A stretch of 64,000 bases of DNA from positions 3,679 to 67,678 of the forward strand of contig CAZYIV010000006.1 of assembly GCA_964647615.1 (NCBI GenBank), given 5' to 3'. Origin of the DNA: an uncultured Gemmatimonadaceae bacterium. GTDB taxonomy: Bacteria; Gemmatimonadota; Gemmatimonadetes; Gemmatimonadales; GWC2-71-9. A program made the position numbers and the translations under genes. The notes beneath the pieces were generated by a model that was not told the origin of the DNA, ran no database searches, and saw only the letters and a list, made by a program, of their open reading frames with translations. This document shows positions 46,140 through 54,858 of this stretch, one piece after another (positions within the stretch are counted from its first letter, which is position 1; every line of letters starts with the position of its first letter).

Positions 46140-47420
46140 TCAGTCCAGCCGCTCGATGGCGGCACCCAGGGCGCGCAGGCGGCCGTCAATCTGCTCGTAG
46201 CCCCGCTCGATCTGGCCCACGTTGTGGATGGTGCTGGTCCCCTCGGCCGCCAGGGCGGCGAGCAGCATGGCCATGCCGGCGCGGATGTCGGGGGATTCCA
46301 CCACCCCGCCGTGCAGCGGCGAGGGCCCCGAGACCACGGCCCGATGCGGGTCGCAGAGGACGATGCGCGCCCCCATCCCGATGAGCTTGTCCACGAAGAA
46401 CAGGCGGGACTCGAACATCTTCTCGAAGATCAGCACCATCCCCTCGCACTGGGTGGCGGTCACCAGGGCGATGGACATGGCATCGGCCGGGAAGGCCGGC
46501 CAGGGACCGTCCTCCAGCTTGGGCACATGCCCGCCCAGGTCTGGACGCACCCGCCGTTCCTGTCCCGGCTCGACGACCAGGTGGTTGCCGTCCACCCGGG
46601 GCCGCACCCCCAGCCGGTCGAAGCCCAGCAGCGTGCTGCGGAGGTCGTCGGGGCGGACATCCTCGATGACCAGCGAGCCATTGGTGACCGCGGCGAGCCC
46701 GATGAAGCTCGCGATCTCGATATGATCCGGTCCGATGGCGTAGGCGGCGCCGTGCAGCGGCTTTCCGCCGTGGATAGTGTACACGTTAGTGCCGATGCCC
46801 TCGATCTCCGCCCCCATCGCCACCAGCAGTCGCGCCACGTCCTGCACGTGGGGCTCGGCGGCGGCATTCCGGAGCACCGTCCTTCCCCTGGCGTGCACCG
46901 CCGCCATGAGCGCGTTCTCGGTCCCGGTGACGCTCGGTTCGTCGAGGAAGATCTCCGCCCCTGTCAGGGCCTTGGCCTCGATCTCGTAGTTCTCCCCCAG
47001 GCTGAGCGACGCCCCCAGCTGCTCCAGGGCCAGGAAGTGGGTATCCACCCGGCGCCGGCCGATCACGTCGCCCCCGGGGGGCGGCAGCACGACCGTGCCG
47101 AAGCGGGCCAGCAGCGGCCCCGCCAGGAGGATGGACGCCCGGATCCGGGCACAGAGGCCGGGATCGAGCGGCTTGGGCCGGGCCCCGCGGGCGTCCACCG
47201 TGACGGTGTTGGGCCCGGTCCACGCGACGCTGGCGCCCAGGTCCGCGACCAGGGCGAGCATGGTCTCCACGTCGCGGATGCGGGGCATGTTGCCCAGCTC
47301 CACCGGCCCGTCGGCGAGCAGGGTGGCGGCGATGGCGGGCAGGGCGGCGTTCTTGTTTCCGGCGGGGCGCACCGAGCCGCTCAGCGGCCGGCCGCCCTGG
47401 ACGACGAAGCGTGGTGGCAT
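46140..47420 (-). CDS. murA: UDP-N-acetylglucosamine 1-carboxyvinyltransferase
   Basis: C-terminal 426 aa of track ORF 46140..47699. ATG 47420 (MPPRFVVQGGRPLSGSVRPAGNKNAALP) aligns with the usual MurA N-terminus. Alternative ATG at 47441. Confidence 0.92.
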   Translation of the reverse strand: MPPRFVVQGGRPLSGSVRPAGNKNAALPAIAATLLADGPVELGNMPRIRDVETMLALVADLGASVAWTGPNTVTVDARGARPKPLDPGLCARIRASILLAGPLLARFGTVVLPPPGGDVIGRRRVDTHFLALEQLGASLSLGENYEIEAKALTGAEIFLDEPSVTGTENALMAAVHARGRTVLRNAAAEPHVQDVARLLVAMGAEIEGIGTNVYTIHGGKPLHGAAYAIGPDHIEIASFIGLAAVTNGSLVIEDVRPDDLRSTLLGFDRLGVRPRVDGNHLVVEPGQERRVRPDLGGHVPKLEDGPWPAFPADAMSIALVTATQCEGMVLIFEKMFESRLFFVDKLIGMGARIVLCDPHRAVVSGPSPLHGGVVESPDIRAGMAMLLAALAAEGTSTIHNVGQIERGYEQIDGRLRALGAAIERLD

Positions 47421-47426
47421 GGCGTA

Positions 47427-47455
47427 ATTGTCTTGCGGCATGGTGCGACCGTCAA
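47427..47455 (-). promoter_or_regulatory. promoter TTGACG-N17-GACAAT, 6 nt before the murA ATG (leaderless geometry)
   Basis: Minus-strand read: TTGACG-gtcgcaccatgccgcaa-GACAAT-tacgcc-ATG(47420). Confidence 0.5.
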
Positions 47456-47462
47456 GCGGCGT

Positions 47463-47468
47463 TATCTT
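47463..47468 (+). promoter_or_regulatory. -10-like hexamer TATCTT placed 6 nt before ATG 47475
   Basis: Read directly: TATCTT-tgggcc-ATG. No convincing -35 element. Back-to-back with the murA promoter. Confidence 0.35.
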
Positions 47469-47474
47469 TGGGCC

Positions 47475-47930
47475 ATGCTTTCCCTGCAGGCAGCCACGAC
47501 GGCCGGGTGGGTCGGCCCCACCATGGCGATCTCCCTGGTCATCATCGCGGGCGCCTTCCTCGTCATCGCGGCCTCCACCGCGCTGGCGGCGCGCCGCGCC
47601 GCCGAGGAGATGCAGCAGCTCTCCCGGGTGATGGAATCGCTGCGGACCGACCTGGCCCCTGCCCTCGGCGCGGTCCAGGCGGTCTCCGGCGAGGGACAAC
47701 GGCTGGCGGGTATGGTGGGAACCGAGGCCGAGGAACTGGTGCGGGCCAGCCGCCAGCTGCGCGAGGGGCTGCGCGAGCGGCTGGCCAATCTCGAGGCGAT
47801 CTACGAGGTGCTGGAAGAGGAGATCGAGGACACCGCGCTTGATGTGGCCGTGACGCTCCGCACCTTCCGGAGCGGCGCGGGGTGGTTCGGGCGGCTGCGC
47901 CGGCTGCTCGGAGGCAGGCGGCGCCGTTGA
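47475..47930 (+). CDS. membrane-anchored coiled-coil protein (DUF948-like)
   Basis: C-terminal 151 aa of track ORF 46224..47930. ATG 47475. One TM (MAISLVIIAGAFLVIAASTALA) followed by heptad-like helices. Arg-rich tail. Confidence 0.6.
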   Translation: MLSLQAATTAGWVGPTMAISLVIIAGAFLVIAASTALAARRAAEEMQQLSRVMESLRTDLAPALGAVQAVSGEGQRLAGMVGTEAEELVRASRQLREGLRERLANLEAIYEVLEEEIEDTALDVAVTLRTFRSGAGWFGRLRRLLGGRRRR

Positions 47931-48850
47931 GCCGGCGGTCGTGGCTGGTCGGGCTCGGTGTGCTGGTCGTGCTGGTCCTCTGCCTGCCCCAGCCGCTGCA
48001 CGCCTGGACGCCCGGCACCCACATCTACCTCGGTGAGGCGGTCCTCGGGAACCTCGGCCTGCTCCCCGCCGCCGTCGCCGACCTGCTGCGCGCCTTCCCG
48101 TTCGACTTCCTCTACGGCAACATCGCCGCCGACAGCTCCATCGCGAAGAAATACGCCCCGGTGGGCCGTCACTGCCACTACTGGCACGTCGGCCAGGAGA
48201 TCCACGACACCGCGCGCACCGATGCCCTCCGGGCCTTCGGGCTGGGGTACCTCTCGCACCTCGCCGCCGACGTCATCGCCCACAACTTCTTCGTCCCCCG
48301 GCAGCTGGTGCTCACCAGCAGCACCACCGGGTTCGGGCACTCCTACTGGGAGAGCCGGTTCGAGACTCCGCTGGGCGACCGCTTCGCCCGCACCGCCAAG
48401 GAAGTGATCCTGCTGGATCACACCCCCGCCGACACCCACCTCGACGGGATCATCGCCCCGACGATCTTCAGCGTGCGCACCAACCGCCGGCTGTTCCGGG
48501 GCATGGTCCACCTGACCGAGACCCAGGGGTGGCACCGCGCGTTCCAGGTGGCCGACCGGCGCAGCCGCTGGGACCTGCCGGTCACCGACGTCGAGCGGCA
48601 CCTCGCGTTCTCCTTCGAGTTCATCGTCGAGATGCTGGCCACGCCGGATGCCGAGCCCCGCCGCTACGACCCCTCGGGGGAGCAGCCGCTCCGCATCGCC
48701 AAGCGGATGCGGCGCGAGGCGATGCTCGCCGGCGGCTGGCGCGACCCGAGCGCGCGGATCCAGGAGGCGGCCGAGGAGCACTTCGGCCTGCCGGACCGCG
48801 CCCTCCCGGTCTGGACCGGCGCGGAGGTCCCGCGGCCGTGGCGGAGCTAG
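47927..48850 (+). CDS. secreted zinc-dependent phospholipase C / nuclease-S1-like family protein
   Basis: Track ORF 47882..48850. TTG 47927 overlaps the upstream stop (TTGA). The signal peptide ends ...LPQPLHA|WTPGTHIYLG, so the mature protein would begin with Trp followed by His, as in Zn-PLC. Further His/Asp clusters (HLAADVIAHNF). Confidence 0.7.
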   Translation: MSRRSWLVGLGVLVVLVLCLPQPLHAWTPGTHIYLGEAVLGNLGLLPAAVADLLRAFPFDFLYGNIAADSSIAKKYAPVGRHCHYWHVGQEIHDTARTDALRAFGLGYLSHLAADVIAHNFFVPRQLVLTSSTTGFGHSYWESRFETPLGDRFARTAKEVILLDHTPADTHLDGIIAPTIFSVRTNRRLFRGMVHLTETQGWHRAFQVADRRSRWDLPVTDVERHLAFSFEFIVEMLATPDAEPRRYDPSGEQPLRIAKRMRREAMLAGGWRDPSARIQEAAEEHFGLPDRALPVWTGAEVPRPWRS

Positions 48851-50760
48851 ACCCCCTCTTCCTCCGGCTGCAGGAGTCCGTGGCGGGCCGCTACTCGCTG
48901 GAGCGCGAGCTGGGCCGGGGCGGGATGGGCGTGGTGTTCCTGGCGCGGGATGTCTCGCTCGATCGTCCGGTCGCCATCAAGCTGCTGCCGCCGGGGCTGG
49001 CCGCGCGTCCGGCCCACCGGGAGCGCTTCCTGCGCGAGGCCCGCGTGGCCGCCCGGCTCTCCCACCCCAACATCGTGCCGATCCACGCCGTCGAGGACCA
49101 CGACGACCTGGTCTGGTTCGTCATGGCCTTCATTCCGGGTGAGAGCCTGGGCGAACGCCTGCGCGCCCGCGGCACGCTGCCCGTCGGCGAGGTCGTCCAG
49201 ATCCTGCGCGACGCGGCCTACGCCCTGGCCCACGCGCACGGGCAGGGCGTGGTCCACCGGGACGTGAAGCCGGACAACATCCTGCTCGAGAGCGGCGGAC
49301 GCCGCGCCCTGCTGGTGGATTTCGGCATTGCGGCGACCGTGGAGGAGGCGGGTGACATCAGCGGGACCGTCGCCTACCTGAGCCCGGAGCAGGCCACCGG
49401 CGACCGGGTGGATGGCCGGAGCGACCTCTACGGCCTGGGAGTCGTGGGGTACCAAGCGCTGGCCGCACGGCTGCCCTACCCCGTGACCCGGCTCCCGGAG
49501 CTGATCGAGCGCCAGCTCGCGGGCGCTGCCCCACCGCTCGCCGAGGTGGCCCCGCACGTGCCGCGCGCCCTCTGCCGCGCGATTGACCGCTGCCTGGCGC
49601 CGCTGCCCGGTGCGCGGTTCCAGAAGGGCGACGAACTGGCCGGCGCGCTGGAACAGCTCGGCGGCGCCGGGACCGACCTCCCGGCTCCATTCCGGGTCTG
49701 GATCCAGAAGGGGGAGCGCCGGCGCAACCCGGCGGCGGTGATCACCCTGCTCTGGGGAGTTCCGACACTGGTCGGCCTGGTTGCCGCGCTGGCCTCCGGC
49801 GCGGTCGGCGGGGCCGGCCCGATCTTCCTGAGCTACTCGCTGCTGGTCGTCGGGGCGCCGTGGACCCTGGTCCTGGGGGTGCGCCTGTTCCACACCCGGC
49901 GGCTGCTGGCGGCCGGCTATTCCCACGCCGATCTGGTGCGCGCGCTGGAACAGCATGTGGACCGCCGGCGGGAGGAGCTGGCCTTCGAGCACGGAACCTC
50001 GCCCAGCCGCCTGGCCCGTGCGGTGAATGTCGGGATCATCGCCGGCGGCGTCGGAGCCGTGCTGGGGCTGGTGGGTTCGTTCCTGATTCCGCCGACGTTC
50101 CGCAACGGCCCCCTGATCGCCGGGCTCTGCAGTGGAGGCCTGTCGCTGGTGCTGGCGTGGGTGCGGAATGCCGTCCCCGGCGCGCGCGCGGACGTGCGGG
50201 ACCGGGCCGCCGAATTCGGCCTGCGGTTCTGGAAGGGGCCGGTCGGCCGGTGGCTCACCCGGGTGGCAGGCTGGCGGCTGGGCCGGCGGGAAGTGCCGAG
50301 CCAGCTGCTCCACCGCCCCACCGAGGTTGCCCTGGGCGAGGCGGCGGATGCGCTGTTCCAGGCCCTGCCCGCGGCCGAGCGGCGCGACCTGCGCGAGCTG
50401 CCGCCCCGGATCAAGGAACTGTCGAACCAGGCCCAGCACATGCGGCGGCGGATCGAGGAGCTGGACGACCTGATCGCCCGCGCGGCACCGACCACGCTGT
50501 TCGAGGGCGAGACGGCCGCCGGTGACGGCGGCGCCGGGGCCCTCGGCGAGGCCCGTGCCCTCTGGGCCGGGCGCCTGAAGGAGACGGTGACGATGCTGGA
50601 GGGACTGCGGCTGGGCCTGCTGCGGCTGCACGCGGGGAGCGTCACCCCGGCGACCCTGACCGAAGACCTGGCGGCGGCCCGGGAGCTGCACGGCCGCCTG
50701 GATCGGCTCCTCGCGGCGCGCGAGGAGGTGGATGAATCCCTGAAGAAGGAGTCGTCGTGA
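48838..50760 (+). CDS. membrane Ser/Thr protein kinase with 4 TM segments and a C-terminal coiled coil
   Basis: C-terminal 640 aa of track ORF 48529..50760. GTG 48838 is in frame and overlaps the upstream gene by 13 nt. GRGGMGVVF...AIK, HRDVKPDNIL, DFG and SPE motifs. Four hydrophobic segments follow, then helical heptads. Confidence 0.85.
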   Translation: MAELDPLFLRLQESVAGRYSLERELGRGGMGVVFLARDVSLDRPVAIKLLPPGLAARPAHRERFLREARVAARLSHPNIVPIHAVEDHDDLVWFVMAFIPGESLGERLRARGTLPVGEVVQILRDAAYALAHAHGQGVVHRDVKPDNILLESGGRRALLVDFGIAATVEEAGDISGTVAYLSPEQATGDRVDGRSDLYGLGVVGYQALAARLPYPVTRLPELIERQLAGAAPPLAEVAPHVPRALCRAIDRCLAPLPGARFQKGDELAGALEQLGGAGTDLPAPFRVWIQKGERRRNPAAVITLLWGVPTLVGLVAALASGAVGGAGPIFLSYSLLVVGAPWTLVLGVRLFHTRRLLAAGYSHADLVRALEQHVDRRREELAFEHGTSPSRLARAVNVGIIAGGVGAVLGLVGSFLIPPTFRNGPLIAGLCSGGLSLVLAWVRNAVPGARADVRDRAAEFGLRFWKGPVGRWLTRVAGWRLGRREVPSQLLHRPTEVALGEAADALFQALPAAERRDLRELPPRIKELSNQAQHMRRRIEELDDLIARAAPTTLFEGETAAGDGGAGALGEARALWAGRLKETVTMLEGLRLGLLRLHAGSVTPATLTEDLAAARELHGRLDRLLAAREEVDESLKKESS

Positions 50761-51635
50761 GGCGGATGCTGCTGCTGGTGGTGTTGCTGGCCGCGGGGCC
50801 GGTCGGCGTGGCGGGCCAGGTGGCCCTGGAGACCGAGCCGGCGCTGCCGGTGCGCGGAACGCTGTTCCGGCTGCGCGTCAGCGCGACCGCCGACGGCCCG
50901 GTGGACCGGGTCGGCGGTGAGATCGCCGGGGAGCCGCTGCACTTCGACACCGCGGACGGCACCTTCTGGCAGGCGCTCGCCGCGGCGCCGATTGATGGCG
51001 GGGATTCGCTCGCGGTGCTGCTCACCCTGCACCGCGGCGCGGTGACCGACACCGTCCGGACCAGCATCGCCACCGGGGCCGGCAGCTACCGCAGCGAGAA
51101 GCTCTCGGTGGCGCCCTCCATGGCCGAACCCGACAGCGCGGCGCGGGTCCGGATCGCGGACGACAATGCACGCGCCCGGGCGGTGAGCCGGGAGTCGCAC
51201 GAGACACCGCGGCTGTGGAAGGCGCCATTCGCCCGCCCCCGCCCCACCCGGGTGACCAGCGCCTTCGGCACCGCACGGGTCTTCAATGGCGCGGTCGCCA
51301 GCCGGCACATGGGCACCGATTTCTCCGGCGCCGTCGGCGCCCCGGTGCGGGCCGCCGCCCGCGGGCGGGTGGCGCTGGTGGCCGAGTTCTACCTGGCGGG
51401 CCATGTGGTGTACCTGGACCATGGCCACGGTCTGGTCACCGCCTACTTCCACCTGAGCCGCACCCTCGTGAAGCAGGGCGAGATGGTCGAGCAGGGCCAG
51501 CAGATCGGCGCCGTTGGCCAGACCGGACGGGTCACCGGCCCGCACCTGCACTGGATCATGCGCTACGGCCGCATCACGGTGGACCCGCTGGCCGCCCTCG
51601 CGCTGCTCAACGAACCGATGCCCGCCGGCGAATAG
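50757..51635 (+). CDS. secreted M23 family metallopeptidase
   Basis: Track ORF of 292 aa. GTGA overlap with the kinase stop. Signal peptide. HMGTDF and GPHLHW zinc-ligand motifs. Confidence 0.85.
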   Translation: MRRMLLLVVLLAAGPVGVAGQVALETEPALPVRGTLFRLRVSATADGPVDRVGGEIAGEPLHFDTADGTFWQALAAAPIDGGDSLAVLLTLHRGAVTDTVRTSIATGAGSYRSEKLSVAPSMAEPDSAARVRIADDNARARAVSRESHETPRLWKAPFARPRPTRVTSAFGTARVFNGAVASRHMGTDFSGAVGAPVRAAARGRVALVAEFYLAGHVVYLDHGHGLVTAYFHLSRTLVKQGEMVEQGQQIGAVGQTGRVTGPHLHWIMRYGRITVDPLAALALLNEPMPAGE

Positions 51636-51646
51636 GCCGGACGCGA

Positions 51647-51681
51647 ACGGAGGCGGGCCGCCCTGGGCAGCCCGCCCCCGT
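51647..51681. terminator. hairpin between convergent M23 and gatB genes
   Basis: ACGGAGGCGGGC-(11 nt)-GCCCGCCCCCGT, a 12-bp stem with one A.C mismatch. The arms resemble the hairpin at 63627-63657. Confidence 0.55.
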
Positions 51682-51701
51682 TCACGCGATCCCGTTCCCG
51701 G

Positions 51702-53120
51702 CTAGCGCAGGCGTTCCTGCAGGAGCGGCGCCACTTTCTTCGGGTCGGCCTTGCCGCCGCTCTTCTTCATCACCTGCCCGGTGAAGAAGCCCATCAGCTT
51801 GGTCTCGCCGCTCTTGAAGCGCTCGACTTCCTTCGGGTTGGCCGCCAGCACCTCGTCCACCCACTGGCCCAGCGCATCGGCATCGCCCACCTGCACCAGG
51901 CCCAGCCGCTCCGCCACGGCGCGCGGCGCCTCGGACCCCGGTCCCAGCTCGCCGAAGATGCGCTTGGCGGCCTGGTTGCTCACCGTCCCCTCGCGCACCA
52001 GCGCGATCAGCGCCGCGAGCCGCTCCGGCGTCACGTCGAACCGGCCGCTCTCGTTCCAGCCCCGGAGCGCGTCGTTGATCACCCAGTTGGAGGCGGTCTT
52101 GGCCTCCACGCCGCTGGCCACCACCGCCTCGAAGTAGTCGGCCACCGGCCGCTCCGCCGCGAGTACGCCCGCGTCGTAGGGCGGCAGGCCGAGGACGGTC
52201 ATGAACCGGTCGCGCTTGGCGTCGGGCAGCTCGGGGAGCGCGGCGTGCTGGCGCTCGATCCAGAGGTGGGTGAGCACCAGGGGCGGCAGGTCCGGGTCCG
52301 GGAAGTAGCGGTAGTCGTGGCTCTCCTCCTTGGAACGCATCGGCCGCACCTCGCCGGAGCCCGCGTTGAAGAGCATCGTCACCTGCTCCACCCGGCCGCC
52401 GGCCTCGACCAGCGCGATCTGCCGGTCCCGCTCCACGATCAGCGCGCGCTCGACGTTGGCGAAGCTGTTCATGTTCTTCACCTCGGTCTTGGTACCGAGG
52501 CGCGTCTCGCCGGGCCGGCGGATCGAGATGTTCGCATCCACCCGGAGCGACCCCTCCTCCATGTTGCAGTCGCTGATCTCGCAGTAGAGCAGCAGCTGCT
52601 TGAGCACCGTCAGGTAGGCCCGGGCCTCACCGGGGCTCCGCATGTCGGGCTCGGAGACGATCTCCGCGAGCGGGGTGCCGGCGCGGTTGAGGTCCACCGC
52701 CGTGCGGGCGGGCAGCCGGTCGTGCAGCGACTTGCCGGCGTCCTCCTCGACATGCAGCCGGGTGATCCCCAGCTCGATCCGCCCCCGCTCCGGCGACTCG
52801 ACCGTGAGCCGCCCGCCGGTGGCCAGCGGCTGGTCGAACTGGGAGATCTGGTACCCCTTGGGCAGGTCAGGGTAGAAGTAGTTCTTGCGCGCGAAGATGC
52901 TGGTGGGATGCACGGTGCACCCCAGTGCCAGCGCAGCGCGGGTGGCGAGCCGGATGGCATGCTCGTTGGGCACCGGCAGCGCGCCCGGCAGCCCGAGGCA
53001 CACCGGGCAGACCTGGGTGTTGGGTGCCGCACCGAAGGTCGTGACGCAGCCGCAGAACATCTTGGTGCGGGTGAGGAGCTGGACGTGCACCTCGAGCCCG
53101 ATGACGGTTTCCCAGCTCAT
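51702..53120 (-). CDS. gatB: Asp/Glu-tRNA amidotransferase subunit B
   Basis: C-terminal 472 aa of track ORF 51702..54566. ATG 53120 (MSWETVIGLEVHVQL...MFCGC). Confidence 0.95.
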   Translation of the reverse strand: MSWETVIGLEVHVQLLTRTKMFCGCVTTFGAAPNTQVCPVCLGLPGALPVPNEHAIRLATRAALALGCTVHPTSIFARKNYFYPDLPKGYQISQFDQPLATGGRLTVESPERGRIELGITRLHVEEDAGKSLHDRLPARTAVDLNRAGTPLAEIVSEPDMRSPGEARAYLTVLKQLLLYCEISDCNMEEGSLRVDANISIRRPGETRLGTKTEVKNMNSFANVERALIVERDRQIALVEAGGRVEQVTMLFNAGSGEVRPMRSKEESHDYRYFPDPDLPPLVLTHLWIERQHAALPELPDAKRDRFMTVLGLPPYDAGVLAAERPVADYFEAVVASGVEAKTASNWVINDALRGWNESGRFDVTPERLAALIALVREGTVSNQAAKRIFGELGPGSEAPRAVAERLGLVQVGDADALGQWVDEVLAANPKEVERFKSGETKLMGFFTGQVMKKSGGKADPKKVAPLLQERLR

Positions 53121-54559
53121 CAGCGCACCTCCCGCCGGGCGTCCATCGCCCCTTCGAGCGCGCCGGCCACGGCGAGCATCGGGCCCTCGGAGAACATCGG
53201 CCCCACCAGCTGGGCCCCGACGGGCAGCCCCTCGGAGCGCCCCACCGGCAGGCTGAGCGCCGGCAGCGCCGCGAGGTTGATCGAGCAGGTGAAGATGTCG
53301 GCCAGGTACATCGCCACCGGGTCCTCGGTCTTGTCGCCGGCCTTGAAGGCCGGGGTCGGGGTGGTCGGCGTGAGCAGGTAGTCCACCCCGGACGCGAAGA
53401 CCTGGCGGAAGTCGTCGGTCAGCAGGGCGCGCACCTGCTGCGCCTTGCGGTAATAGGCGTCGTAGTAGCCGCTGGAGAGCACGTAGGTGCCGATCAGGAT
53501 CCGGCGCCGTACCTCGGCCCCGAAGCCCTGGCCCCGGGTGGCGCGGTAGAGGGCGCGCACATCGCCCTCGGGGCCCACGTGCCGTGGCCCGTAGCGCACC
53601 CCATCGAACCGGGCGAGGTTCGCGGCCGCTTCCGCCGGTGCCACGATGTAGTACGTGGGCACCGCGTACTTCGTGTGCGGCAGCGAGACCTCCTTCACCA
53701 CTCCACCCAGCTGCTGGATGACATGCGCGGTGTGGTCCAGCGCGGTGCGCACCGCGCCGTCGAGGTCGGGCGGGAAGTACTCCCGCGGCATCCCGAAGGT
53801 GAGCCCGGTGAGGTCCTTCCGCGCCGGCTCCAGGGCCGGGGGCGGCTCCGTGGCGGAGGTCGCGTCGTAGCGGTCCTCCCCGCTGATCACCGCGAGGACC
53901 CGGGCGGCGTCGTCCACCGTCTGGCCGAAGACGCTGATCTGGTCCAGCGACGACCCGAATGCCACCAGCCCGTACCGGCTCACCCGGCCGTAGGAGGGCT
54001 TCACCCCCACCACGCCGCAGAAGCTGGCCGGCTGGCGCACCGAGCCACCGGTCTCCGAACCCAGCGCCGCCGGCACCACCCCCGCTGCCACCAGCGCGGC
54101 CGATCCCCCCGACGACCCGCCCGGCACCCGGTCCGGGTCGAGCGGATTGTGCACCCGGCCCCAGGCGGAGTGCTCGGTGGACGAGCCCATCGCGAACTCG
54201 TCCAGATTGGTCTTGGAGGAGAGGATCGCGCCGGCCTCGCGCAGCCGCCGGACCACCGTCGCATCGAACGGCGAGACGTAGCCCTCGAGGATGCGCGAGG
54301 CGCAGGTCGTGGGCTGGTCGGTGGTGACGATGTTGTCCTTGAGCGCCACCGGCACGCCCGCGAGCGGCAGCGCCTGCCGTGCCGCCGGGGCCAGCCCGTC
54401 GAGCCGCGCCGCCTGCCGGTCCAGGATCCCCTGGCTCCAGTGCAGGGTCGCGTTGAGCGGCGCCGCGGCGGTCAGCCGCTTCCCCACTTCCCGTGCGACC
54501 GACGCGGCGCTGGTGCGGCCGCCGGCCACGGCGTCGGCGATGGTACGCACGCCGCTCAT
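53120..54559 (-). CDS. gatA: Asp/Glu-tRNA amidotransferase subunit A
   Basis: C-terminal 479 aa of track ORF 53120..54889. ATG 54559. Amidase signature GGSSGGSAALVAAG. Confidence 0.95.
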   Translation of the reverse strand: MSGVRTIADAVAGGRTSAASVAREVGKRLTAAAPLNATLHWSQGILDRQAARLDGLAPAARQALPLAGVPVALKDNIVTTDQPTTCASRILEGYVSPFDATVVRRLREAGAILSSKTNLDEFAMGSSTEHSAWGRVHNPLDPDRVPGGSSGGSAALVAAGVVPAALGSETGGSVRQPASFCGVVGVKPSYGRVSRYGLVAFGSSLDQISVFGQTVDDAARVLAVISGEDRYDATSATEPPPALEPARKDLTGLTFGMPREYFPPDLDGAVRTALDHTAHVIQQLGGVVKEVSLPHTKYAVPTYYIVAPAEAAANLARFDGVRYGPRHVGPEGDVRALYRATRGQGFGAEVRRRILIGTYVLSSGYYDAYYRKAQQVRALLTDDFRQVFASGVDYLLTPTTPTPAFKAGDKTEDPVAMYLADIFTCSINLAALPALSLPVGRSEGLPVGAQLVGPMFSEGPMLAVAGALEGAMDARREVR

Positions 54560-54858
54560 TCGCCACCGTCCATCGCGCCCAGGCGCGGCACGGCGAAGAA
54601 GCCGTCGGGGAACTCGGGGGCGATCGCCTTCGGCGGGCGGGCGAGCGCGTCGGACGGCGGCTCGTCGGGACGGAGCCGCACGGCGCTCGGCCCCGCGAGG
54701 AAGGGCGGCGCCTCTTCCCCGGCCGGGACCTCGTTCAGCTGCTCCACGAAGGCCACGATCCGGCCCAGCTGCTCGACCAGCCGCGGCAGGTCCGCCTCGG
54801 CGACCTCCAGCTCCGCGAGCCGCGCCACGTGCAGGACATTCTCCCGACCGATGCTCAT
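54556..54858 (-). CDS. gatC: Asp/Glu-tRNA amidotransferase subunit C
   Basis: Track ORF 54556..54870. ATG 54858 (MSIGRENVLHVARLAELEV) forms an ATGA overlap with the pcrA stop. Confidence 0.85.
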   Translation of the reverse strand: MSIGRENVLHVARLAELEVAEADLPRLVEQLGRIVAFVEQLNEVPAGEEAPPFLAGPSAVRLRPDEPPSDALARPPKAIAPEFPDGFFAVPRLGAMDGGE

